Below are positions 8,636 through 17,200 of a stretch of DNA of 44,815 nt, piece after piece; within the stretch, counting starts at the first letter, position 1, and every line of letters begins with the position of its first letter. A model generated the notes under the pieces. The model was not told the DNA's origin. It searched no databases and saw nothing but the letters and a program-made list of their open reading frames with translations. Location: NCBI GenBank assembly GCA_017558255.1, contig JAFYVX010000177.1, positions 1 to 44,815 of the forward strand. The letters are read 5' to 3'. Made by a program: the position numbers and the translations under genes. Source of the stretch: Bacteroidaceae bacterium (GTDB lineage Bacteria > Bacteroidota > Bacteroidia > Bacteroidales > Bacteroidaceae).

Positions 8636-9142
8636 CTAATTTAATTTCAACCTCTTTATGTAATTCCGCAGTGTGTGTATGCACAGTTTCATGGCGGTTT
8701 TGTTGGTTTCGCTGGCTCCGTCATATATAGCCCATGCAAATGATGAGGCCCTGACCATGTCGCGGTTCTCTATGCATGAAAACATGTGATACTTCAAGTC
8801 TTCCAGTGTCATGCATTTCATGAAGTCCAGGCATATGTTCCTGTCTTCGTACAGGTATGTGGCATTGTATTGTACACGGTCTCCCTTTGAAACCCTATCA
8901 CCCTTGAACGCTGCAAATGAAGCCAAAATTCTCTGCCCACTATCCGAGGTGATAATGTAGCCCCTTTTTGTAAACCCAGAAATCACCCCGTTTCCGCACA
9001 TGAAGTAGTCGTCCCCGATTTCCTCAACTATACAGTCAAAGATTTCCTCCAGCTCGTCCTCAATCAAGGTTATCGTTTCTGTGGGGTCTCCTGTTGCCAG
9101 ATAACCCTTTATCCTATCACGCAATCCAATATAGCTGTTCAT
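8636..9142 (-). CDS. Hypothetical protein
   Basis: 168-aa ORF with an ATG start, lying 46 nt after the stop of the upstream gene. No recognisable motifs. Confidence 0.5.
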   Translation of the reverse strand: MNSYIGLRDRIKGYLATGDPTETITLIEDELEEIFDCIVEEIGDDYFMCGNGVISGFTKRGYIITSDSGQRILASFAAFKGDRVSKGDRVQYNATYLYEDRNICLDFMKCMTLEDLKYHMFSCIENRDMVRASSFAWAIYDGASETNKTAMKLCIHTLRNYIKRLKLN

Positions 9143-9188
9143 ATAAGTATAGACTGTTCCTTAAAAATGTTCGACCTGTTATATCCAA

Positions 9189-9917
9189 TTATGCTGCACA
9201 GGAGTGCATGAAGTATTTGCTGCTGATGTAGTTTAGAATCTTTTCCATGGTCATGCACACCTGTCCGTCCCATTCATCGTTTATGTATGGATAGCATTCG
9301 TATACCATATATTCATTGCAGTGCCATGTCAACTGCACTCCGTTGGGCAAATAAACGTAAACGAGGTAGTTGGCATTTTTACCCGCTTCGTCATTTATGC
9401 CATACTTCCAGCCAAGGTATTCCAGATACTCCGCCATCTGGTATATGAGCAGGGTCTTTCTTTCATATATCCTTGCCTTCACATCCTTCTTGTGCCTCTT
9501 TGCCGAGAGGTTGGCAAACTCTGTTTGCAAGAGCATCAATATCAAGGTCGTCTCCGGGTCCCTTGTCGTCTTTGACAGGCGCTTCAGTCTCTTTATAACC
9601 TTTCTGAGCCCCATGCCACAAGCATCAGCGAGGAAGGCATCAAGCTTTTCCAGACTAAGCGTATTCTGCTGCGAGGACATCCTGGCCTTCTCCTTTCTTG
9701 ATTCTATACACTGCTGCAGCCTTAGCCTTAAAAGCGGATTATGAGTCTCGTTCATCATTTTCCTTATCTCATCGTCCTTGTATCCGTAAATGGAAAAGGA
9801 ATCGGCCTCCTTCTTATTCCTATTATACATGGATATAACAGAGGTTTCTGATACTTCACCCTTATGATAGGCGAGCCTTACCTTCTTTCCTACACCTTCA
9901 AGAATTGTCTGCGTCAT
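9189..9917 (-). CDS. Hypothetical protein
   Basis: Start set at ATG 9915-9917 (MTQTILEG...), 35 nt downstream of a -7 box. Contains a basic helical middle and a C-terminal YLVYVYLPNGVQLTWHC...NDEWDG segment. I cannot name the family. Confidence 0.5.
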   Translation of the reverse strand: MTQTILEGVGKKVRLAYHKGEVSETSVISMYNRNKKEADSFSIYGYKDDEIRKMMNETHNPLLRLRLQQCIESRKEKARMSSQQNTLSLEKLDAFLADACGMGLRKVIKRLKRLSKTTRDPETTLILMLLQTEFANLSAKRHKKDVKARIYERKTLLIYQMAEYLEYLGWKYGINDEAGKNANYLVYVYLPNGVQLTWHCNEYMVYECYPYINDEWDGQVCMTMEKILNYISSKYFMHSCAA

Positions 9918-9951
9918 ACGATAATAATTTAGATAGGTTGGTTTTGCGATG

Positions 9952-9959
9952 CAAAGGTA
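9952..9959 (-). promoter_or_regulatory. -7 box TACCTTTG (minus strand) for the 9917->6266 gene string
   Basis: Plus-strand CAAAGGTA, 35 nt upstream of the ATG at 9917. Confidence 0.5.
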
Positions 9960-10147
9960 TGGCAAGTATTTCGGAAGGCACAATTGTTACAACATTGCAG
10001 GAAATAGCAATAAAAACCAACACAGAATCTTTACAAGGTTGTAGCGGTACTGGAAACCATAAAAACATCTGCCATCAAACGCTAAACATTATTACCCGAA
10101 GGCTATCAAACTAAGGTAGTCAATACTCTATGGTAAACGTCAAAACA

Positions 10148-10414
10148 TCAAGGTTCGCCAAGATAGTCTTCGATAATGCTGACCTGGCGAGGGGAGAGGA
10201 GACGCTGGGAACTGCTGTAACCAGTATCGGCGAGGGCTGACATGAGACCACGCGTCAGTTCTATTTCCTTGCGAAAGGCACGAACGGCCGCTTTGTAGCT
10301 GCGACCGGGATAATATTGCATTGCCAAGCGTCCGAATTGGTTTTTCTTGCGGCTTTTCAGTCGTTGTGGGGACTTGCTTTTGTTTTTTGGTTTGGTGGTG
10401 TTGGTAGCGTTCAT
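10148..10414 (-). CDS. DUF4248-family small protein
   Basis: 88 aa with a basic N-terminus. The YPGRSYKAAVRAFRKEI...LADTGYSSSQRLLSPRQVSIIEDYLGEP layout is typical of Bacteroidales DUF4248 proteins. Confidence 0.7.
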   Translation of the reverse strand: MNATNTTKPKNKSKSPQRLKSRKKNQFGRLAMQYYPGRSYKAAVRAFRKEIELTRGLMSALADTGYSSSQRLLSPRQVSIIEDYLGEP

Positions 10415-10515
10415 TTTTTTTGTGTGTTAGTTAGACATGGGTCATAGCGAAGGCGATAAAATATTATCATGGGTAGAGAGAGGCACAAAAATGCGACAAA
10501 ACAGTGTTTTTGACA

Positions 10516-10523
10516 CAAAAATA
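10516..10523 (-). promoter_or_regulatory. Possible -7 box TATTTTTG (minus strand) upstream of the DUF4248 gene
   Basis: Plus-strand CAAAAATA, about 100 nt upstream of the ATG at 10414. The distance is long, so this is weak. Confidence 0.3.
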
Positions 10524-10667
10524 TGTCATTTACACCCATTTGTATAGTTCTTTCTTCTTCCATCCTTCTTCTATCTACCAAGTATAGCATTATAGCATAG
10601 CAGTATACCCTCTATACTACTCCATTGTTATTAAACATAGTGCAACATTTGGACACACCTCATTATT

Positions 10668-11510
10668 TTAGCCAAAGATGACATCGAAATCGTCCTGTTT
10701 TTGGTAGTTGCACCTCCCCTTACCCAAACGCTTTGCGTTGTCGAAGATGATGTTTGTGAAACGACGCTTGTCTGCTGTAGCCAGGATGGTGTACCAGTTG
10801 GCCTCTATGGTATAAAGGAAACCCGTCTTGCGGTCCTGCAGCACCACGTTGTGCGGTGCAACCATGACGCCCTGCATGGCCTCATCGCTGGAACAGGCCG
10901 AGAGGAACTTCATCTTTGAATGCGTCACTTTGAGCCTACCTTCAGCCTCCAGCTCCTTTACCAGTCGGTGTACAGTATTGCGGTGATTCACGCCCACATA
11001 TTTGGCTATCCACTCCTCTGTCAATGCTACCTCAGGAACAAACAAGTTAGTACGGTCTGTATTAAATACTCCATTGTAATTAAACTTATCCTTCCTTTCG
11101 TATCCATTGACGAGGTTAAGGAGGAGGAGTTTTCTCAACTCCTTTAGCAACCCTCTCAGCGAATATTCCCTATTGTCAAGTTTCACGGCAAACAGCGAGA
11201 AGTATCCCCTACCCTTTCTGTTTACCCCGCACTTGGTATATTTCTTCTTAAAGTTCTTTGCCAGCAAGCCACCCGTAGCGTCATTGTACCTGAACAGCAC
11301 ACTGTGCTTGGCAGCCTCGAAAAGTTCCTTAGCCTTTGTCATACCGCAATGCATCAGCTCGGCAATGCCCCTTGCGGTGACATTGGGCATGAGGCTGTCG
11401 CCATAGTTGTGCTTGATGATGATGCTCATGGCAAGCAGCTCGAGCGAATGCTTGTTGGCCTTCTCCCGATGCAACAACCCAAGTGGTATGTTTACGAACT
11501 TTGGTTTCAT
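10668..11510 (-). CDS. Putative winged-helix DNA-binding protein of unknown role
   Basis: Start set at ATG 11508-11510 (MKPKFVNIPLG...), because a -7 box lies inside the longer ORF. The HTH-like segment is TEEWIAKYVGVNHRNTVHRLVKELEAEGRLKV. Confidence 0.45.
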   Translation of the reverse strand: MKPKFVNIPLGLLHREKANKHSLELLAMSIIIKHNYGDSLMPNVTARGIAELMHCGMTKAKELFEAAKHSVLFRYNDATGGLLAKNFKKKYTKCGVNRKGRGYFSLFAVKLDNREYSLRGLLKELRKLLLLNLVNGYERKDKFNYNGVFNTDRTNLFVPEVALTEEWIAKYVGVNHRNTVHRLVKELEAEGRLKVTHSKMKFLSACSSDEAMQGVMVAPHNVVLQDRKTGFLYTIEANWYTILATADKRRFTNIIFDNAKRLGKGRCNYQKQDDFDVIFG

Positions 11511-11546
11511 TACTATCAACCTCTTTAAGTGTATTCTATACATTTG

Positions 11547-11554
11547 CAAAAATA
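11547..11554 (-). promoter_or_regulatory. -7 box TATTTTTG (minus strand)
   Basis: Plus-strand CAAAAATA, 37 nt upstream of the ATG at 11510. Confidence 0.45.
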
Positions 11555-11906
11555 CGCATTTTTATTAACACTTACAAGGAAGTGCCCCAAATATTTTCAA
11601 CAAACGCCCCATAATTTTCGCAAGCCTGTTATCCTATCCTTTTCACATGGGATATGGTATTGTATTTCTGATTTTTAGCGTATACCACAATTCGCACAGA
11701 TATGATACAGAATAGATAAACAGATAGTCTGCACACAGACTTCAGAAATAATAAAAAAATAATTGCCAATTTGATAACTTAAAACTCACTACTATAACAT
11801 CCACACTTCCCTCCCTTGTCCATCATTGCGTCGCCACATTACATTGGCCATCGCGTCGCGACGCGTTGTTCATCGCATCGTGAAGCACTCTATCAAATAC
11901 AAGGAG

Positions 11907-11939
11907 GGGGTGCAAACCCAACACACTGGTCTGCACCCC
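11907..11939 (-). terminator. 8-bp GC-rich hairpin downstream of the HU-like gene
   Basis: GGGGTGCA (11907-11914) pairs with TGCACCCC (11932-11939). On the minus strand it is followed by CTCCTTGTATTTGATA. It lies about 85 nt past the stop at 12023. Confidence 0.3.
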
Positions 11940-12022
11940 TCTGATTTTGCGTTCAAGGTTATCATTAAACGCTCTCAACACCAAGCGTTCATCGCCAATC
12001 GCCAACCGTTCATCGCCAAAAG

Positions 12023-12526
12023 TTATTCCAGATTGCCGTCGCCACCTTCATCGTCGGCACCCTCGCCGGGTTTGATGGTGGCAGCATTGTTCAGCGCCTC
12101 CTTCTCTGCCTTTCGTGCATCGGCCTGTGCCTTGCGCGTGCCCACGTATTCGAAAGTCACTTCGTTCAGCAGGTCTTCGAACTCGCAGGATGGTTCCCAA
12201 CGCACCTTCACCTTCTTGATGAGCGAGGTGCTGAACTCCTCGGCATTGTTGGCCGACTCGGACTTGAGCGAGACATAGAAGGCGCCGAGGTCGCCAAGCA
12301 CCACCTTGTTGCCAAGCAGCAACTGCTCGCGAATACAGGAAGTAAGTTGTGTCGCAACTGCCATTACATCGCCCTTGTCATACTTGCTTGAATGATTGGA
12401 CATGTGCTTGGCCATGTCGCTGAGATTCATTACTTGGCGAACTTGAGCTACGGGGTAGGTCTTGTTGCCCTGCTCTGGTTTACCCGGACGCACCATGCGT
12501 AGGGCCAGTGAATAAGGTATACTCAT
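12023..12526 (-). CDS. Bacteroidales HU-like (HU-HIG type) DNA-binding protein
   Basis: Start at ATG 12524-12526 (MSIPYSLALRMV...). The segment LSDMAKHMSNHSSKYDKGDVMAVATQLTSCIREQLLLGNKVVLGDLGAFYVSLKS is the typical fold signature. The C-terminal tail is acidic and low-complexity. Confidence 0.7.
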   Translation of the reverse strand: MSIPYSLALRMVRPGKPEQGNKTYPVAQVRQVMNLSDMAKHMSNHSSKYDKGDVMAVATQLTSCIREQLLLGNKVVLGDLGAFYVSLKSESANNAEEFSTSLIKKVKVRWEPSCEFEDLLNEVTFEYVGTRKAQADARKAEKEALNNAATIKPGEGADDEGGDGNLE

Positions 12527-12657
12527 AGTTTTGTATTCTCCCGTTCCTCCGTGATTGTTGTCTGTCTGTTCCACATGTATTCAGTATCCCTACAAGCCGA
12601 AGTGGAGGAACGGCGACGAAGATTTACTTCGTACCCGTGGGCGCTGAATGCTTTTCC

Positions 12658-12762
12658 CTAAGCGCACGACTGCACCCCAAAGGTGGTGGCTATGGCCGTG
12701 AGCACTATGATGATGATGTTGAGGACTTTGCCCCATGTCGAATTGTTGTTGAATGTACCCAT
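12658..12762 (-). CDS. 34-aa hydrophobic micro-protein (MGTFNNNSTWGKVLNIIIIVLTAIATTFGVQSCA); resembles the Bacteroidales 'smalltalk' small-protein family
   Basis: It is below the ORF-track length cutoff, so I translated it by hand. ATG at 12760-12762, TAG at 12658-12660. A TATTTTTG -7 box lies 28 nt upstream. It has a single TM-like core and a ...QSC(A) end, and it sits directly upstream of the HU-like gene. Confidence 0.55.
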   Translation of the reverse strand: MGTFNNNSTWGKVLNIIIIVLTAIATTFGVQSCA

Positions 12763-12789
12763 AGTGTATTGTGTTTTAATTATTCACCA

Positions 12790-12797
12790 CAAAAATA
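12790..12797 (-). promoter_or_regulatory. -7 box TATTTTTG (minus strand) for the micro-ORF / HU-like gene
   Basis: Plus-strand CAAAAATA, 28 nt upstream of the ATG at 12762. Confidence 0.5.
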
Positions 12798-12898
12798 CCC
12801 ATATACTCGGACGGGATGCGAATTAGCAGGAATTAGCAGCAAATTCACAACAGGGGCAAATTTGCACGCTACACATTGTTTATTTAGGAAAAAAAATG

Positions 12899-12906
12899 TA
12901 ACTTTG
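12899..12906 (+). promoter_or_regulatory. -7 box TAACTTTG; likely BREX operon promoter
   Basis: TAnnTTTG match 39 nt upstream of the brxA ATG. A TTG (12876-12878) lies about 20 nt upstream as a possible -33 element. It is the only consensus box I found ahead of the 28-kb same-strand array. Confidence 0.5.
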
Positions 12907-12944
12907 TGCTGGAAATACAAGCAAAGACCTAACTGCACCTAACA

Positions 12945-13571
12945 ATGAACAAACCCCATAGTCCATACACCGCAGCAATAACAGGTGGAGGATTCCTGTA
13001 TGAGGAGACCTGCATCCTGCTGCCGCTGCTGCTATCGGACAACAGAGAAGAACTGCTCAGAGATGAAGCCCTAAACAACCGTCTCCTGCACATCAACTCC
13101 GAGACCTCGCGCAAGCGCAACATTGCCGAGATAAGCAGACGGTACGACACCATGCCTGCCAGTTTCTGGACCCGTTTCCAAAGTATGGACCAGGACGACC
13201 AGAAGGTGGCGCTCTTCTTTGTCATTCTCAAGACATACAAGATATGCTTTGACCTTCACATAAACGTGACCATGCGCAAATGGAACAGCATTTCCAAGAA
13301 GGTGGAGCACGACGACCTGATGATGGAGTTCAACGAAATTGCAGCCAAAGACCAGTTTGTCGACTCGTGGTCCGATGCAACCAAGAAGAGAGTGGCAAGC
13401 GCATACCTCACCATCCTTAGGAAGATAAACATGATACGGCCAGACAGTTCTCTCACCTCCATCCAATGCAGCAATTGGAGGCTTTACATAGAATTGGGCG
13501 AAATGTGGTTTCTCGAAGCCAGTCTTCTGCAGCCCTACCAGATTGAAAACATCAAAAAAGAACTCCTATGA
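12945..13571 (+). CDS. brxA: BREX protein BrxA (DUF1819)
   Basis: 208 aa, first gene of the array. Its size, position and 4-nt ATGA overlap with the next gene match the type 1 BREX order. Confidence 0.8.
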   Translation: MNKPHSPYTAAITGGGFLYEETCILLPLLLSDNREELLRDEALNNRLLHINSETSRKRNIAEISRRYDTMPASFWTRFQSMDQDDQKVALFFVILKTYKICFDLHINVTMRKWNSISKKVEHDDLMMEFNEIAAKDQFVDSWSDATKKRVASAYLTILRKINMIRPDSSLTSIQCSNWRLYIELGEMWFLEASLLQPYQIENIKKELL

Positions 13572-14179
13572 CCATAAAGGAACTAGACGACAAGCTGAAC
13601 AGCCCTGGCTTTCAGGACACGGAAAACGGCGACCTGTTCTACAATTTCTTCATCTACCAGTACCCTGCCGAAAGGGAATACGACATCAGGCAGCAGGTAC
13701 AGGAGTTCAAGGCCAACCTCATCCGCCCTATCAACTATGTGGACGTGCTCACCCTGAACCTGTTTGAAGAGTTCTGCACATTCCTGGACCAGAAACGCTT
13801 CCTCAAGCACCCCAGCATGCTCAGGTACCAGCTGGAAAAGGAACTGTCCGACCCATCCAAGGCGCAAAACACACAGGACACGCTGACGCGCAATGCACAC
13901 AGCCCAGAATTTGTGAAGTACCTGCACCAGCGCATCATAGACCACATCAACATACAGGACGACTACAAGCGCCCCTACGTGTTTCTCTACGGAATAGGCA
14001 GCATGTACCCCTACCTCAGGGTCAACGAACTGCTGGCTCTCTATGAGGACTACAACGAGACTGGCCGATACAAGCTCATAGTGTTCTATCCAGGGCACAG
14101 GGAACAGAACTCGTTCAAACTGTTTGGCACCCTGCAGGACAACCACACATACCGAGCCACATTGCTGATAAACGAATAA
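13568..14179 (+). CDS. brxB: BREX protein BrxB (DUF1788)
   Basis: 203 aa, overlapping the brxA stop. The DLFYNFFIYQYPAEREYDIR segment is typical of DUF1788. Position matches the BREX order. Confidence 0.8.
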   Translation: MTIKELDDKLNSPGFQDTENGDLFYNFFIYQYPAEREYDIRQQVQEFKANLIRPINYVDVLTLNLFEEFCTFLDQKRFLKHPSMLRYQLEKELSDPSKAQNTQDTLTRNAHSPEFVKYLHQRIIDHINIQDDYKRPYVFLYGIGSMYPYLRVNELLALYEDYNETGRYKLIVFYPGHREQNSFKLFGTLQDNHTYRATLLINE

Positions 14180-14216
14180 ACACACATACATACACACCCA
14201 CCCCACACAATTAGCC

Positions 14217-17200
14217 ATGAAACTGAAAGAACTATACAGCAAGTCCATCAACCGCGCCGTCAACCCAGCTGTCAGCGCCACCAAGTTCGACCCCGAGACC
14301 GAACACATCGAAATACAGGAATATGTCTTCACCGACGAGATTCTCAACGGCCTGTTCCGCATTCTCGATGCCATAAAGAACAACACCCCCTACGACCACG
14401 TGGGCATATGGATTGACGGCTACTACGGTTCGGGCAAGTCCCACTTTCTGAAGTATCTGGACTACTGCATAACCCCACGCACCCATGAAGCGGCACTCGC
14501 ACGTCTGCTGCAGGCCGTTAAGGGCATCGACCCCATGGACGAAAAGCACAACCTCAGTTTCGGCTATGACCAGATGCTCTCCATTGCCAATTGGCTCAAG
14601 CGTGCCACCATAGACACCTGCATCTTCAACCTCGAAACCAGCTACGACAACTCCACCGACAAGCGGCAAGCTTTCCTGCATATCTTCTGGAACGAGTTCA
14701 ATGGCAAGCGTGGATTCAACAAGTTCAACATCACACTGGCCCAGAACCTTGAAAAGCCTCTCAGCGAAAAGGGTGTCTTCGAGGCCTTCAAGCAGCGTAT
14801 TGCCGAAGAGGCTGACGATGCCGACTGGAACGACCCCGGCATCGCTGCCGACATCATCGACAACGAACTGGACTGGGTTCTTGACATTGCCGTGGAACTT
14901 GCCCCCACCCTCGACAAGGAAAGCATTCGTGAGCGCATCATCAAGCGCGACACCAACATGAGCATCGACCGCTTTGGCATGGAACTGGCAACCTACCTCA
15001 AGAACAAAGGCGAAGACTACCGTTTGATTCTTTTGGCCGATGAAGTGTCTCAGTTCATCAACAAGGAACGCGACCGCTATCTCAACCTGCAGGAAATCAT
15101 CACCAAGCTTTCCGAGGCATGCGACAACAAGGTATGGGTGGCATGCACAGCACAGCAGGACCTCTCCGAGATTATGGACGACTGCCACATTGCCGAGGAA
15201 AAGGACAAGGAGGGCAAGATTAAGGGACGCTTCGAGGTGAAGGTGTCGCTGAAGGGCACACAGCCCGAGGTTATCACACAAAAGCGCATCCTGGACAAGA
15301 AGGACGAGGTGAAGCCTGAACTCGAGAAGATGTACGACAAGCAGAAGGCTGCCTTCGGTCTGCAGTTCAAGCTGCCCAGCTCCTACGAAAGCTACACCTC
15401 CAAGGACGACTTCGTGGCCTACTACCCCTTTGTGCCCTACCAATTCAAGCTCATCATGCAGGTGTTCAACTCGTTCCTCAACCTGGGCTATGTTGCCAAG
15501 GAGGTAAAGGGCAACGAACGCAGCATCATCAAGGTTATCCACTCCACCGCCAAGACCAATGCCGAGGCCGAGGTGGGCAAGTTCATCTCGTTCGACGAAC
15601 TCTACAACAACATGTTCGAGGAGGGCCTTCAGGCTCGCGGACAAAAGGCGGTGAACAATGCACTGGACATTGCCAAGACCTACACCCGCGACCCCAAGCT
15701 GGCCCGACGTGTTGCCAACATACTGTTCATGATATGCAACATCTCGCAAACCGACCAGCTGCTCTTCCCCGCCTCGGTGGACAACGTCACGTCACTTCTG
15801 GTCAACGACATGTCCGTTCCGCGCCTCACCATCAAGAACGAGGTGGAGAAGGTCATCGAATTCCTGTGCGACAACAACATCATACGCCGCGAACAAGGCA
15901 AGCAGGGTGCTCCCGACACCTATTCCTTCTACAGCGAGGAGGAGATGAAGGTGGCACAGCTCATACAGAGCCAGGCTCCCGACACCAACTCGCAGGCCGA
16001 GCAGCTGAAGGACATTTTCTTCAAGTATCTCAGCAGCCTCAAGAACAAGGTGCAGTACTGCACCCGCTCCTTTGCCTTGCAGGCATGCATCATGCAGCGC
16101 AACTATCTCAGCAACAGCGCCGACATTGTGGTGGACTTCGTCATGGATGCCGACTACGACAGCGCCGAGACACTTGCCCTGCACAACCAGCCCAACCGCA
16201 TGGTCTACTACGTGGGTCCCAAGTTCCGCGAAAACAAGCGCCTCTTCAATGCCTTCTACTGGTACTGCCAGGTAAACGGCTACATGACCACCCCTGTGCC
16301 CAACGAGGACAATGCCAAGACACGCAAGGAATTTGAAAAGCGTGCAGAAGAAGTCATACAGACACTACTCATTCCTGAATTCCAAAAGATTCTTGACACA
16401 TGTCCTATCATATCGGGTATGTCAGTCATTGACGACATAGAGTTAGGCAACAAACGGGGCAACGACCGTTATAACCTGGCTATTCAGAAACACATGAGTA
16501 GTATCTATACCAAAGCCAAATTGGTGGGTTCAGGTATGCCAACTACTACAGACCAACTGAAAAAGGCCATACTTCGAGCTGTACAACCAGGTGAATACGA
16601 AGGTTTCAATGCAGAGCTCAAACCTGCTGAGCATGAGGTTGAAATCTATCTCAACAAGCAGTTCCATGAGGTAAATGTAACTGATGTATTGGCAAAATTT
16701 GCCAAGGCTCCCTACGGATGGGATTCAATCTGCACACTTTATGTCATCAACGAACTTGTACGTCGTCATAATCGGGATTATTCGTATGCCAACAATCCGA
16801 ATGTGGAGACCAATATTGTCGCCAACCGCATTGTAACTGAAACAAACAAGTTCACCTTGCGTCAAGCAAAGGCCATCAATCCGCAAGTAATCCAACAGTT
16901 TACCAATGCTTGGAAAGATATTTTCGGCACCACCGATACCTTGGGAACAACCGATAGCACTCAGATATTCCGTATGTGCCGTGAGCCGGAAAGCGAACGT
17001 AGTTTGATAAAGCGTCGTGATGCATACCGAAGAATCGAATCACAAATCAGCGGTTACAGTTTTGTAGCTCCTATTCGTGATGCTATCGATTTGTTCGAGT
17101 CATGGCTTAACGAGCGTGACCAACTTAATTTCTTCCAAGTTGTCATTGCCAAACAACAAGAAGCGCATGAATTGATTGACAAATGCAAAGAGTTGGTTCA

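Noticed and set aside
4601-9997. Recurring CAACATTG word in promoter-proximal intergenic DNA (4601-4608, 4687-4694, 9990-9997; variants at 64-70, 4730-4737, 10643-10650 and 43037-44), considered as a shared operator.
   Set aside because: The same 8-mer also occurs inside coding sequence (for example 4301-4308 and 13127-13134), and its position relative to the -7 boxes is not constant. I cannot show enrichment without a proper count.
12637-12942. 101-aa plus-strand ORF (GTG start) in the brxA upstream region.
   Set aside because: It spans the divergent promoter region and overlaps the better-supported minus-strand micro-gene (12658-12762) and the BREX -7 box. It has no recognisable features.
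14180-14216. CA-rich spacer (acacacatacatacacacccaccccacacaa) between brxB and brxC, considered as a possible microsatellite or phase-variation tract.
   Set aside because: It is not a perfect simple-sequence repeat, with no unit repeated four or more times in register. It is more likely an unstructured A/C-rich translation-initiation region, as is common in Bacteroidetes.
13583-16184. Long antisense ORFs across brxB/brxC (13583-14386, 267 aa; 14232-15749, 505 aa; 15792-16184, 130 aa) and same-strand off-frame ORFs (for example 15734-16336).
   Set aside because: They lie entirely inside a strongly motif-supported gene (Walker A, BREX order). Their proteins are low-complexity (V/L/G/A/H-rich). 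They appear only where the sense strand is GC3-rich, which suppresses stop codons on the antisense strand. They are compositional artefacts.
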